A program made the translations under genes and the position numbers. A stretch of 64,000 bases of DNA, from the IMG/VR virus record IMGVR_UViG_3300040781_000350; one strand, written 5' to 3'. Numbering within the stretch: the stretch's first letter is position 1; every line of letters begins with the position of its first letter. The notes beneath the pieces are model-generated. The model was not told the origin of the DNA and ran no database searches. It saw only the letters and a program-made list of their open reading frames with translations. This document shows, one piece after another, positions 28,418-37,690 of the stretch. The DNA comes from a virus. Its lineage: Duplodnaviria > Heunggongvirae > Uroviricota > Caudoviricetes.

Positions 28418-29479
28418 TTATACGTCGTCATATTCAGGGTTAACTTTCATATCTTGTTTGTACTCATCAAATACATCAAGAACATCTTCATGCAAACGTT
28501 CAACTGTATGATAATTAACAAATTCGAAATAACTTTTGTTATCGATAAATTCGTCCTTGTAATATTGGATGAAATTACCTAGCTCTTTACCTTCCAAGCC
28601 AGTGATTTTCGAAATATCCCCACCGCTGAACTTCTTATTGGCGCGATCTCTTACATAAACATAGTTATATGCATCATCGACTTGCTTATAGAATGTATCA
28701 GGCTCCTTATTCAACTTACGTTCAGCATGTCGAATTGGGTCCCAAACAGGACTAGTTGCAGTATATTTCTTCTTATTGTTGATGAAATCTGCTAAGAATC
28801 TTTTAAACATAGGACGGTGTGTATCACGCTTGCGACTCTTTCGATTTTCACTATCAGCTTCAGTCACACCTTGCCAGATGTAATCGCTACTAAGTAGAAA
28901 ATCCATTACTACCTCTTCAGGAAGTTCGATATTCGAAAACAGACCTTTAAGTTCATCGCTATTATAACCAAGCACAGTGAGTGCTTCAGTAAAGTCGTTT
29001 GTCAAAAGCAACTTATTACCTTCAGGTAGCTTATACCACAGACCATCATGACCAAACATGTAACCGAGACTACGTGCAACCCGACCTAGGATCATACCAA
29101 AGTCACCAAAGCTTAGATAATTGCAATAGAACTCTTTCGTATCAGTTGTTGCGAAGATCAGATCGATTTGAAGCAAGTTATCCCAAAGCATGCTATAAAC
29201 ATTATGATTTGAGATGATAACACCAGCTTTCGGTTCATTGACTGAGATGTTTTTAAGCGTAGTCATCATATTGGTAACACGCTCATATTCACTACCACTT
29301 GCTGGTGGTACACAAACGATATCGATATCACCGAAGTCTTCTTTACCAGCAATATCTGCAGGAATTGTATAGTCGATATCATACTTTGCAAGCATTTCAC
29401 CCACTTCTTTACAAGCAGCACGATAGTATTCTGGTGATACCCTTACTGCTCCGAATTCTTTTAATGCGTTTCCACCCAT
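28418..29479 (-). CDS. hypothetical 353-aa protein, possible Pol-beta-superfamily nucleotidyltransferase fold
   Basis: N-terminal IAGKEDFGDIDIVCV loosely fits the G[GS]…DxD nucleotidyltransferase motif. This is weak. Confidence 0.3.
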   Translation of the reverse strand: MGGNALKEFGAVRVSPEYYRAACKEVGEMLAKYDIDYTIPADIAGKEDFGDIDIVCVPPASGSEYERVTNMMTTLKNISVNEPKAGVIISNHNVYSMLWDNLLQIDLIFATTDTKEFYCNYLSFGDFGMILGRVARSLGYMFGHDGLWYKLPEGNKLLLTNDFTEALTVLGYNSDELKGLFSNIELPEEVVMDFLLSSDYIWQGVTEADSENRKSRKRDTHRPMFKRFLADFINNKKKYTATSPVWDPIRHAERKLNKEPDTFYKQVDDAYNYVYVRDRANKKFSGGDISKITGLEGKELGNFIQYYKDEFIDNKSYFEFVNYHTVERLHEDVLDVFDEYKQDMKVNPEYDDV

Positions 29480-29485
29480 GATGTT

Positions 29486-29788
29486 TTATTTTAGTTTTTC
29501 GTAATAATTGAGAGATATGATCTCCCGACCATAACCTTCCTTTTCTAGAAGGTCATTATAATACTGTTCCTGCTCTTCAAGCTCAGCCAAGCTGTCTGAT
29601 GTGATAACTAAACGACCGGTTGATGTTGTTTGTTTAAACACTTCATATTGTCGTTCTTCATACGGTCTTGACCATTCAATACTAAGAATGTATTGCTTAT
29701 TCTTGTATCTAGGTCCTGGCGGATAGTGTCGTTCCTGCTTCATCTGTATATTTGTTGGTGTATACATGTGCAACGAATGATCCCTCAT
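29486..29788 (-). CDS. hypothetical protein
   Basis: The ORF overlaps its upstream neighbour. The real start is probably an internal Met (MYTPTN at 29767 or MKQERH at 29743). Confidence 0.4.
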   Translation of the reverse strand: MRDHSLHMYTPTNIQMKQERHYPPGPRYKNKQYILSIEWSRPYEERQYEVFKQTTSTGRLVITSDSLAELEEQEQYYNDLLEKEGYGREIISLNYYEKLK

Positions 29789-30044
29789 TAACGAGAACCG
29801 TCTTAAGGTATTCTGTTACCATTGTTTTACCACCATCATCTGTAGACGATTTAGGTGGAACGGCATCGCCAGTCATTACAACATGGTAGATATCCATACG
29901 GGTTTCCTTTTCGTCATCATCAACTTCATACCATACACAGATGTCAGCATACTGTGCATCAATATGCATAAACTTTGATCCAACAGGTACTTCAAGTTCA
30001 GCGATTAAACTTACAGGGAGTGAGTATTTATATATTCGTTTCAT
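29709..30044 (-). CDS. hypothetical protein (111 aa)
   Basis: ORF. Confidence 0.45.
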   Translation of the reverse strand: MKRIYKYSLPVSLIAELEVPVGSKFMHIDAQYADICVWYEVDDDEKETRMDIYHVVMTGDAVPPKSSTDDGGKTMVTEYLKTVLVNEGSFVAHVYTNKYTDEAGTTLSART

Positions 30045-30059
30045 AATTCTATTATAGTA

Positions 30060-30320
30060 TCAGTCTGATGTCCAATCAACTGTATCATCCAAAGGGTCAA
30101 ACATTAGCACCCAACCTAAAAAGTCTTCTTCAATTCGTCGTGGTGAACCATAGCTAACCCAATGCTTGGGACCGCAGTAATTTTCAACGTAATAACCTGG
30201 TTCGAGATCACCTCGTTTGTATTTAGTCCACTTAACTGTTACAGCACAAGCAGTTAGAGATTCTTTATGAACTGCAAGATATATACCTTCTCTTAGTAAT
30301 GGATTAGTTGTTAGTTTCAT
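30060..30320 (-). CDS. hypothetical protein (86 aa)
   Basis: ORF. Confidence 0.45.
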   Translation of the reverse strand: MKLTTNPLLREGIYLAVHKESLTACAVTVKWTKYKRGDLEPGYYVENYCGPKHWVSYGSPRRIEEDFLGWVLMFDPLDDTVDWTSD

Positions 30321-30324
30321 AATT

Positions 30325-31218
30325 TTAGTCTGTTATAAATGTTGGAGAGAACTCTTTATATTCTCTGAGTGCAATTTCACTTACACCTTCTACAATCTTC
30401 TTCTTGTCGCATGCATAGAGACCAGAGCAGCTAAATGCACCGACTTCTAAAACATATGGTTTCATACCAGCATCAAGACATACATCAAGAATCCATACTG
30501 AACACGGATTGTAATCAGTTGTATCAGCCAGCACACGATCAACGAATGCATTCAAATGCCCTGGAGCTTCTTTTCTATTTGGTTTACCATCCCATGAGTA
30601 TTGACTACTTGCAATAATCTTGCGATCACCAATAACATAACGATACTCACCAAGAATAACTTTCGGTGTTGATGCAACAACTAGATCAGTAGGTTGGCCA
30701 CCATAACCAATTACAGCATGCCAATCCTTATGAAAGTGTTTGCGTTCAAACAACTGACCGGTAAATGTTTTACGACCAGAAGACGGACGAATAAAAATTG
30801 TTTCATATGAACCAAGCCAATCATACAAATCATCAAGACGCCTTTCAACTTCGCCAAGAGGTAACATGATGTACTTATCATTGAACAAATAGTCTCCGAA
30901 AAACTGATAGTAATACTTACATGAAAATTGTTCAACATTATCCCAGATAGCAGGAAGCCAATCTGTATACTTGCAAATCCGTTCAGCGCTCTGAATAGAT
31001 GTTTGGGCAACAACACAACTATCTTGTTCAAAGTAATCGGTATACTCATCGCATGGGTTCGCAAGATCGGCTTCTTTAACATCATAACCGAGATCACGAG
31101 CTGCTTGAATTAACTCTTTCGTTGAATCATCATTTGCGATGTCTTCAATAAACCACTTTACAGTATTCTGTTTTGTCATTTTGCTTATTACAATTATGTT
31201 TATCTGCTTGTTGAGCAA
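30325..31218 (-). CDS. ATP-grasp domain protein (putative)
   Basis: 297 aa. A central block IFIRPSSGRKTFTGQLF resembles the ATP-grasp Lys/Gly-rich loop. Overall size fits phage ATP-grasp families. Confidence 0.5.
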   Translation of the reverse strand: MLNKQINIIVISKMTKQNTVKWFIEDIANDDSTKELIQAARDLGYDVKEADLANPCDEYTDYFEQDSCVVAQTSIQSAERICKYTDWLPAIWDNVEQFSCKYYYQFFGDYLFNDKYIMLPLGEVERRLDDLYDWLGSYETIFIRPSSGRKTFTGQLFERKHFHKDWHAVIGYGGQPTDLVVASTPKVILGEYRYVIGDRKIIASSQYSWDGKPNRKEAPGHLNAFVDRVLADTTDYNPCSVWILDVCLDAGMKPYVLEVGAFSCSGLYACDKKKIVEGVSEIALREYKEFSPTFITD

Positions 31219-31314
31219 ACATACTTGGACCTGTTGATGCTATTCTATAACCGCAATATTTACAGGTATGAATATTCAATGTACCGTTTAACGATTTAAA
31301 TTTGAAATCATCTC

Positions 31315-31770
31315 TCATGATGTAACAAAATCGATCAACTTTTCCTTTACAATTGCACTGATCTTTCCAGCATCGATACTTGCGCCAAACTCACCTTTAA
31401 TAGCACCGATAACTTTACCCATATCCCTGATCGATGTTGCACCTGTAATACTAATTGTCTTATCAGCAATCATTTCATAGTCGCTTTCATCAACCATTTC
31501 AGGTAGCAGTTCTTTACAAAGTTCAGCTTTCACTGTCATGTCAGAAGCAACTGTTGGTTGGGTTTTGCTATCTGCAAATGTAACAGCAGATTCCAAATAT
31601 GCCTTTTCCTCCTTCTTAATGAGAGCATAAATCTGTTCATCATTAAGATCTTTGTTAAGACGCGCTTCGCTTTCTTGAATAGCGCTTAAAATGCCTTGAT
31701 ATACAGTAAGCTTTTTATAGTCGCGGTCTCTACGAGCGCTTGTGATCTTATCCTGAATTTTAGTTTTCAT
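31315..31770 (-). CDS. GatB/YqeY-domain protein
   Basis: 151 aa. C-terminal GATSIRDMGKVIGAIKGEFGASIDAGKISAIVKEKL matches the YqeY/GatB C-terminal domain (…MKDMGKVMGA…GKADGKLVNQIVKELL). Confidence 0.7.
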   Translation of the reverse strand: MKTKIQDKITSARRDRDYKKLTVYQGILSAIQESEARLNKDLNDEQIYALIKKEEKAYLESAVTFADSKTQPTVASDMTVKAELCKELLPEMVDESDYEMIADKTISITGATSIRDMGKVIGAIKGEFGASIDAGKISAIVKEKLIDFVTS

Positions 31771-32039
31771 GTAGTTATTATATTATAGTTCCTCTAAACT
31801 AATACCAAGCCCCGCGCGCATATTAGAGCTCAATGAGCTTCTAATCCGCCTCTTAAGATTTTTGATAAGTTTTCGTATTTCATGTTTATTAGTGTGCGTA
31901 TCCTCACACGCATTACAAGCCCTAAATGTGAGTTTTTCTCACTTTTTTCTGCGGGTATTTTGGCCGTTTCGGCGGCTCCTCGAACCAGACGCTTCTGGTC
32001 AATTCCGTTCGCTCGTGCCTCGCTCTCTCCATGCCAGAG

Positions 32040-32384
32040 CTATTTGTTCTGGAGAAAAGTTTCTTTGTATTCTCGCCACTCTTCCATCGCTTGAGAGATT
32101 AGCCGGATGACTGTGCCTACTTCACCGTCGGATTCGACCGCCTGCCAGACTCCTGGCCATGTCGGGTGGTCGATGCGATGTATATCGAGCGTTGCCCATT
32201 CGCATGTAGAGCCTTGGCAGGTTCCACGCGATAGTTGAAATCCATTGAGTCGCAGTCCTTCTGCGATCATCTCCAGCTCACCCCACCCAGAACCAACCGG
32301 ATGGATCAACCCCTTAGCCTCGGCCTTATCTTCCCAATATTGGTGTTCTTCATCACTCATGTTTTCTATATCTTCTATGTTCAT
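32040..32384 (-). CDS. hypothetical protein (114 aa) in GC-rich island
   Basis: ORF whose GC content is clearly above its neighbours. Confidence 0.45.
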   Translation of the reverse strand: MNIEDIENMSDEEHQYWEDKAEAKGLIHPVGSGWGELEMIAEGLRLNGFQLSRGTCQGSTCEWATLDIHRIDHPTWPGVWQAVESDGEVGTVIRLISQAMEEWREYKETFLQNK

Positions 32385-32662
32385 TTGTCGGGGTTATCCT
32401 CCTCGGAGTTCTCAAGAATAGAAAACTCGCAGTAGTTGTTTTCTTGTCGACCTGTCTGTGTGAGCGAAAATCTAAACCCCTCCGGTTGTCGCAATCCCAT
32501 TTTGTCGATCTCTACCCTAGCCAATCGAAACATCTTATTTCTCTTGCCGTTGTAACCAATTGCTGCAACTTCATCGTCTCTAAACGATAGTCGGTATGTG
32601 GTCGTTTTTATGGTTTTTAATATCATAGTGTTGTCGGGTTTAGAACCAGCCGCCATACTCAA
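32381..32662 (-). CDS. hypothetical protein (93 aa) in GC-rich island
   Basis: ATGA overlap with the downstream gene. Confidence 0.45.
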   Translation of the reverse strand: MSMAAGSKPDNTMILKTIKTTTYRLSFRDDEVAAIGYNGKRNKMFRLARVEIDKMGLRQPEGFRFSLTQTGRQENNYCEFSILENSEEDNPDK

Positions 32663-32786
32663 TGCGAGGTAGGCCGCTGGATTTTCGTTAATATTTATCT
32701 ACCTCTGAGCTGCTAGGCTCGCATCGAGTAGGCTCGATGATGTAATGACTTCATTATTCGATAGTATAATTGCTGCGTATTTCATA

Positions 32787-33083
32787 TTATGAGAAGTTTA
32801 TTTGGTTTTGATAGATTTCTGTATCACCTGGATCAGCTGCTAGACCTAGCGTTTCACTTTTTCCATAACATGTACCATCAATGCTGATGAATCCAGCTGA
32901 TACCGGCTCTCTACGAACTCGGTGCCAATCACCATGCGTCTGGTTCTTAATAGCACCGAGCATCTCTGCCATAGCATCATGATCAACACTTTTCGGAAAT
33001 GTAAATATCTCAAGCTTATTATTATCAGGATTTTTTGTTTTGATGTATTTCATATTAAAAAACTTTAAAATTGCGAACCGCAT
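32787..33083 (-). CDS. hypothetical protein (98 aa)
   Basis: ORF. Confidence 0.45.
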   Translation of the reverse strand: MRFAILKFFNMKYIKTKNPDNNKLEIFTFPKSVDHDAMAEMLGAIKNQTHGDWHRVRREPVSAGFISIDGTCYGKSETLGLAADPGDTEIYQNQINFS

Positions 33084-33175
33084 ATGCTACAAAGGCAATG
33101 CTAATACCGACTCCTACAATGAAGCCAAACCAAAAAGATCCGTTAAATATCCATTGTGATATTGTAATTTCCATC

Positions 33176-33361
33176 TTATTCGTGTCCGTATAGTTCGATT
33201 AAAGATGTGCGAAGCTCATCAGCTGTTAGACCTTCTAGTGCTATTGAAATACCGGTCAGGAAACTCTTCTTAGTGAGGTCATCAATTGTCTTAGATGGTC
33301 CCATGTTATGTAATTTATGGTTTACTACATCAAGTAGCTTTTGTTGTTCATCTGTTAGCAT
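33176..33361 (-). CDS. hypothetical protein (61 aa)
   Basis: Promoter element at 33366-33385. Confidence 0.4.
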   Translation of the reverse strand: MLTDEQQKLLDVVNHKLHNMGPSKTIDDLTKKSFLTGISIALEGLTADELRTSLIELYGHE

Positions 33362-33382
33362 ATCTGTATTATATTATAGTTC

Positions 33383-33601
33383 CTATGACCTAGACCATTT
33401 TTGCTGACGAGTAAGCAAGCCATTGTGCTTAGCATTGCGCTTAATCATCTTGAGCTCTTGTTGCCCTTGCTCAAGTGTGATATCACCATCATGAATACGC
33501 TTCATAATTGCAGAACGTACTTCCATTGAATCAGCAATCTCACCACTACTATCAGCTTTGTTTAGTGCACTTCGCTTTCGTGATCTGGTTTCATCATTCA
33601 T
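33383..33601 (-). CDS. hypothetical protein (72 aa)
   Basis: ORF. Confidence 0.4.
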   Translation of the reverse strand: MNDETRSRKRSALNKADSSGEIADSMEVRSAIMKRIHDGDITLEQGQQELKMIKRNAKHNGLLTRQQKWSRS

Positions 33602-34059
33602 AATTCAGTTATTGTTATCTTATTAGTTACTATATATTTGACATTGACAGCAAACTTGCACTTACAGACGCAATTGATTGTCATGTGATGTTCATCTGTA
33701 AACACATCACCATACTCGGTGCTATCAAAAGGTGTTAGAGCACTGTAATGATATTCGCATTGTGGACACTGAAAGTCATATTCATCTTTAACACGAGGAC
33801 CGTATGTATTTGCATGCTCTTTGCTCTTGATTCCATCATACAACTTGTTCAGATTATCACTGAAGACAAACCGATCACATACAAAGAGGTTGTATTGTCG
33901 GATCTTAGATACCATCCAACCTGTATCAGGATCTTGCGGGTTGATATACCAGTCCTTGTTATCATTGAGCTCATACACCCTGTACTTACCACGAGGTAAC
34001 CATGATAGCGCACCATTACTATCCATCGGACATGCCATGAATCGTTTTAACTCATTCAT
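33598..34059 (-). CDS. hypothetical zinc-finger protein (153 aa)
   Basis: CPQCE…C-x-C-K-C clusters. Confidence 0.45.
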   Translation of the reverse strand: MNELKRFMACPMDSNGALSWLPRGKYRVYELNDNKDWYINPQDPDTGWMVSKIRQYNLFVCDRFVFSDNLNKLYDGIKSKEHANTYGPRVKDEYDFQCPQCEYHYSALTPFDSTEYGDVFTDEHHMTINCVCKCKFAVNVKYIVTNKITITEL

Positions 34060-34341
34060 CTTTTAAAATATCTATGTTGTGGTGCATGATTACACTCAGT
34101 GATTTATTTGCAACTGTCCACCAACCACAGCACATCTGTTCATGAAGAGAATAATAACCAATGAACTCATCATGAAGCATGTCATAGAACATCTTATCGA
34201 AGATTCTCTCAGCATGTTGTTCATTGCATGCATGAGGTGGTAATAAGCCCAGCTAGTTGCGCTTCTGCATCCGCTTTACAGATTTGCGTTTTACATCGAT
34301 AATCGCTGGTAACCGGATAAACTCCTCATATGTCATTTCGT

Positions 34342-34599
34342 TCATAATACTTCTACATTATCATATGCATGATAGACAATACCTGTTTCCTTTTCAGTAA
34401 ATAGCAATTCAAGATTACCACAACTTAATTCCACCTTGTCCACCACAATTGTTCGTTCACCAGATTCATGTCTACTCCAGTGCCATCCCAGGTACCCACG
34501 AATAGCTTTACCTTCGAATGTGCTCTTTGCCCATGCAAGGTATGAATCACGCATTGCTTTATGCGCTGTCTCTTGTACTTGTTTAATGCTTACGTTCAT
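34342..34599 (-). CDS. hypothetical protein (85 aa)
   Basis: ORF. Confidence 0.45.
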   Translation of the reverse strand: MNVSIKQVQETAHKAMRDSYLAWAKSTFEGKAIRGYLGWHWSRHESGERTIVVDKVELSCGNLELLFTEKETGIVYHAYDNVEVL

Positions 34600-34919
34600 G
34601 AGAAGATCTCCGTATCACCTTTCAAATCAAAGATTGTACCGCAATCAGAGCCCTGCGCGTATGATTCATGTCCATATTGAGCCCCGCCACAGTGGCGAGT
34701 CACCTTATAACCTTTCTGAGAGATACCAATAGTATATTCAGCATCATCACCACCTCTTGCGCGCTCATATTGGAGCATGGCAATAAACTCAGCCAACTCA
34801 TATTTTGTCATCCGTGCACTGGTAACAGAGACGAATGGTTTAATCTTAGCTAGTCTTGGACCTGTTTTACTCATATAACTAGTATATGGTAGTTCCTTAA
34901 ACATGGAGAAACCTTCCAT
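34596..34919 (-). CDS. hypothetical protein (107 aa)
   Basis: ORF. Confidence 0.45.
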   Translation of the reverse strand: MEGFSMFKELPYTSYMSKTGPRLAKIKPFVSVTSARMTKYELAEFIAMLQYERARGGDDAEYTIGISQKGYKVTRHCGGAQYGHESYAQGSDCGTIFDLKGDTEIFS

Positions 34920-34947
34920 TTCTGAAAGGCCTTTCCGTAAAGCTAGT

Positions 34948-35310
34948 TTACATTACTGCTCTGCTTCTAATAAGAGCCTGGCTCATGAGCTTGCTCATGT
35001 GAGTTAGTGCTTTTTGAAGCTCTTCAGAGTCTATATTTCTCTCATCAATTGCCATCTCTGCTTCACCATGAAGTAGATCATAGAAGAACTGCTCTGGTTC
35101 TTCAGCAAGAGTCTTCATTAACTGAGCTGCAACAAGATCGAAATACTCTTCTTCAGGCGATATACTATCAGGCTCTGAGTAGCGCGGATCTCGAGGGTCA
35201 TATTTCGGCTTACGTGCATTTTCCTGTGCTCGTAGTAAATCTGCTGGTGCATCTTCTAAACCACTGTAGGCTTCGTAAATTAGTTTGCTGTCATTGTTGA
35301 TTGTGCTCAT
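34948..35310 (-). CDS. hypothetical acidic protein (120 aa)
   Basis: ORF. Confidence 0.45.
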   Translation of the reverse strand: MSTINNDSKLIYEAYSGLEDAPADLLRAQENARKPKYDPRDPRYSEPDSISPEEEYFDLVAAQLMKTLAEEPEQFFYDLLHGEAEMAIDERNIDSEELQKALTHMSKLMSQALIRSRAVM

Positions 35311-35549
35311 AATATTATTTAATGCGGGGTAGGGCGGGATCTGTATAATCTGCGAATAGCGGGGGTCTTAGTAATCTGCGAGGGATCTGCTCCCGGTTTT
35401 TTGTTTGGCATGCAGATATAACCCTAGTTCCAAAACGGCTCAGATAGTAAAGCGTTCCAACGGTTAACCTTCTCAGACCGGGTTCCTCTGAGCACAAAAG
35501 TTTCTCTAGTTCCAACCCACCTCTCGCTAGACCACTTTGGTTCTCTCTG

Positions 35550-35741
35550 CTACTTCCTCTTTCTATTCGCCTTACGCCTCCTTCGCTCGTTCTTATTCTT
35601 TCTTTTGTTGTTAGGCTTACCCACCTTAGGACTAAATGCATTCATCCATTTACTGTAGTCAGCATTAGCTCTAGCTAAGTCATGACCACTGAATGAAAAT
35701 GTAGGCGCTCCGCTCATGTTACTATTATATGTCTGTTCCAT
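35550..35741 (-). CDS. hypothetical protein with extremely basic C-terminus (63 aa)
   Basis: Ends NNKRKNKNERRRRKANRKRK, a nucleic-acid-binding-like tail. Confidence 0.4.
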   Translation of the reverse strand: MEQTYNSNMSGAPTFSFSGHDLARANADYSKWMNAFSPKVGKPNNKRKNKNERRRRKANRKRK

Positions 35742-35938
35742 TACCTGATAGCAGCTTTGATATCACCTATAGTGTTTACACCTTGCTGTGAGTTATCAAT
35801 AGCGATCACTTCTGTATCGTCTGGTAGTAAAGATGCAATTGGGTTAGTCCATCTCATTCCATTACTACGAAAAGCTACCTCTTCTACATTATCTGGATCG
35901 TTTTTAGTTGGCGCTTTGACTGCAAATGTTGTACTCAT
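35741..35938 (-). CDS. hypothetical protein (65 aa)
   Basis: First gene of the small-gene array. Promoter element at 35941-35961. Confidence 0.45.
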   Translation of the reverse strand: MSTTFAVKAPTKNDPDNVEEVAFRSNGMRWTNPIASLLPDDTEVIAIDNSQQGVNTIGDIKAAIR

Positions 35939-35961
35939 ATGTATATTATATCAGAGTTCCA

Positions 35962-36207
35962 TTACTTAGCTGGCGGCCATGTTAGGCCTGCCTCTTGTAG
36001 CTTAGGTACATCTTCGTCAGCAATATCGAACTCATCCTGAGTAGTGTAGTTAGCTTGTTGATGCTCTCCTAATGTGTCGAAGACCATCTGCTCTGGAATG
36101 AACCACCCATAGTCATTACTACTACCTTTAAAGTACACCCTGACCATATTACGGTCATTGATATGATTGACTGATGCGCTCTTATGCTCTGTGATTTGTA
36201 TTACCAT
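35962..36207 (-). CDS. hypothetical protein (81 aa)
   Basis: ORF in the small-gene array (35.9-45.7 kb), where genes follow a conserved promoter element ending 3-7 nt before the ATG or are operonic. This one is operonic with the gene upstream. Confidence 0.4.
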   Translation of the reverse strand: MVIQITEHKSASVNHINDRNMVRVYFKGSSNDYGWFIPEQMVFDTLGEHQQANYTTQDEFDIADEDVPKLQEAGLTWPPAK

Positions 36208-36217
36208 AATTATCCGA

Positions 36218-36403
36218 TCATGCTTGATGCTCTACACTCTTTGCTTCCTGGACCTGCTTCTGGCGCAGGACAAACTCTTCTACCTCGTCAGCTCTGATGC
36301 TGTACGTCGGTATGTGACGATCATGAAACTCCACTCGATAGAACTCACCTTGTGTGGTTGTTAGCGTGACTTCTTTTAGCTCGATTGTATTTGCTTTGCT
36401 CAT
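36218..36403 (-). CDS. hypothetical protein (61 aa)
   Basis: ORF in the small-gene array. Promoter element at 36407-36426. Confidence 0.4.
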   Translation of the reverse strand: MSKANTIELKEVTLTTTQGEFYRVEFHDRHIPTYSIRADEVEEFVLRQKQVQEAKSVEHQA

Positions 36404-36426
36404 GTCGATATTATATCAAGGTTCCA

Positions 36427-36696
36427 TCACAGCATCGGATTGTGCGGAACGTCATTATCTTCTTCCTCACAAATCTCGTGATAGGCACATCCTCTTAGTA
36501 CGCTATTAGCTTTGTACCGAACTGTACCGGTGAATGCTTCTCGCTTTTCCTTCTTGAGTCCAGCTGCTCGAACGTATCGTTCAGCTTGCTCCCGGGTGTT
36601 AAATGTCGCAACTATCTCTTCTTGTTCTTCAGTCTTGAACTGACCTCCGATATGTGAAAGAAAAACGTGCTCTGTTATACCTATTAGCTTTACCAT
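36427..36696 (-). CDS. hypothetical protein (89 aa)
   Basis: ORF in the small-gene array. Promoter element at 36700-36719. Confidence 0.45.
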   Translation of the reverse strand: MVKLIGITEHVFLSHIGGQFKTEEQEEIVATFNTREQAERYVRAAGLKKEKREAFTGTVRYKANSVLRGCAYHEICEEEDNDVPHNPML

Positions 36697-36725
36697 GTAA
36701 TTATTATATCGTGGTTCCGTGAGTG

Positions 36726-37016
36726 CTAATAAACCGCTACCATACGGTGGCTGAACATTGCAGAGAGCTCTCTCAGATTGAGTGGCTTCTCAGCGATCGT
36801 CAAGAACGCATAACCTTCCAGCTCTTCCTGAACCTCTTCTAAATAAACCTCATCACCTTCCCAATCACCTGACTCATCATTGAACGTCACGCGCTCAAAC
36901 GTCATCAAATTGCTATTGCGATCGAGCGTCATGTCGATGTCTTCGTTCTCGCCTAGGTGCACAAACACCATCATATCGTTGCTGCGCATTGCTGGTAATT
37001 CATTTTTCATATTCAT
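36726..37016 (-). CDS. hypothetical protein (96 aa)
   Basis: ORF in the small-gene array. Start at MNMKNELP. The upstream residues in the ORF track (LEPSYNIV) are the promoter element read in frame. Confidence 0.45.
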   Translation of the reverse strand: MNMKNELPAMRSNDMMVFVHLGENEDIDMTLDRNSNLMTFERVTFNDESGDWEGDEVYLEEVQEELEGYAFLTIAEKPLNLRELSAMFSHRMVAVY

Positions 37017-37187
37017 AACAATATTATATGATGGTTCCAATACGGCTATCCGATCAGTCCGACTGCGTTTGCAATCATCACTGCTACAAGCACGACAATA
37101 CCGAACAGTACAACTTTTGCTATTGTTTTGAAGCTCCAACTATTATTTGGTCCAATCATTTTATTTCCCTTTGTTTTTGTTATTTGT

Positions 37188-37577
37188 TTATGCAGCAGTC
37201 TCTTCTACTAACTGCTCTCCATGAAAGCGTCGTGCCCACACCTCTTTGATATGCTCTTTCTGCTCTCTTGTAGATGAAAGGGATACGTACTGCAATCGTA
37301 GCAGGCGCTTGTAACCGCTAAGGTCTTCTACGATGTTGCCATCACCATCGTGCTGCTTTTCATGACGAACCAGACCTCGGCCCTTCTTCGAAACATACTC
37401 AGCGAGGAACTTCTCGTAACTGTTGTCGTATTTCTTCTCAATCAAGCCAGCTAGATACTTGTGATGGAATGCATTTTCCTCACCGGTAACAGTGCACTTG
37501 ACTTTGACCGTGCAGTTAAAAGCTTGCTTACCATCAGCAAACTCGTAGTTGTATAATTTTTTAGCTTTCTTTTCCAT
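37188..37577 (-). CDS. hypothetical protein (129 aa)
   Basis: ORF in the small-gene array. Start at MEKKAKK, 4 nt after the stop of the upstream micro-gene. Confidence 0.45.
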   Translation of the reverse strand: MEKKAKKLYNYEFADGKQAFNCTVKVKCTVTGEENAFHHKYLAGLIEKKYDNSYEKFLAEYVSKKGRGLVRHEKQHDGDGNIVEDLSGYKRLLRLQYVSLSSTREQKEHIKEVWARRFHGEQLVEETAA

Positions 37578-37581
37578 AATG

Positions 37582-37668
37582 TTAAACGTCAATTGCAAAG
37601 TACATCACCATCGCTGCATAGGCTGCAACTACTGTAATGACTGCTATGTGAATGATTAAATGTTTCAT
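37582..37668 (-). CDS. 28-aa hydrophobic micropeptide (putative)
   Basis: ORF in the small-gene array. Sequence MKHLIIHIAVITVVAAYAAMVMYFAIDV, a single transmembrane helix. Promoter element at 37671-37690. Confidence 0.35.
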   Translation of the reverse strand: MKHLIIHIAVITVVAAYAAMVMYFAIDV

Positions 37669-37670
37669 AC

Positions 37671-37690
37671 TGATATTATATCGAGGTTCC
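37671..37690 (-). promoter_or_regulatory. conserved early-type promoter-like element
   Basis: Copy of the conserved early-type promoter-like element, reading tgatattatatcgaggttcc. Its TATAAT hexamer also supplies the TAA stop of the upstream gene. Confidence 0.55.

Noticed and set aside
31921-31950. Hairpin GTGAG-ttttt-CTCAC followed by TTTTTT (plus-strand terminator-like)
   Set aside because: All neighbouring genes are on the minus strand, where the T-run precedes rather than follows the stem, and the stem is only 5 bp. It is possibly a terminator for an antisense transcript but too weak to call.
35315-35641. ORF 35315..35641(-), 108 aa
   Set aside because: It is an Arg/Gly/Leu-rich translation of a GC-rich spacer and overlaps the real gene 35550..35741 in another frame.
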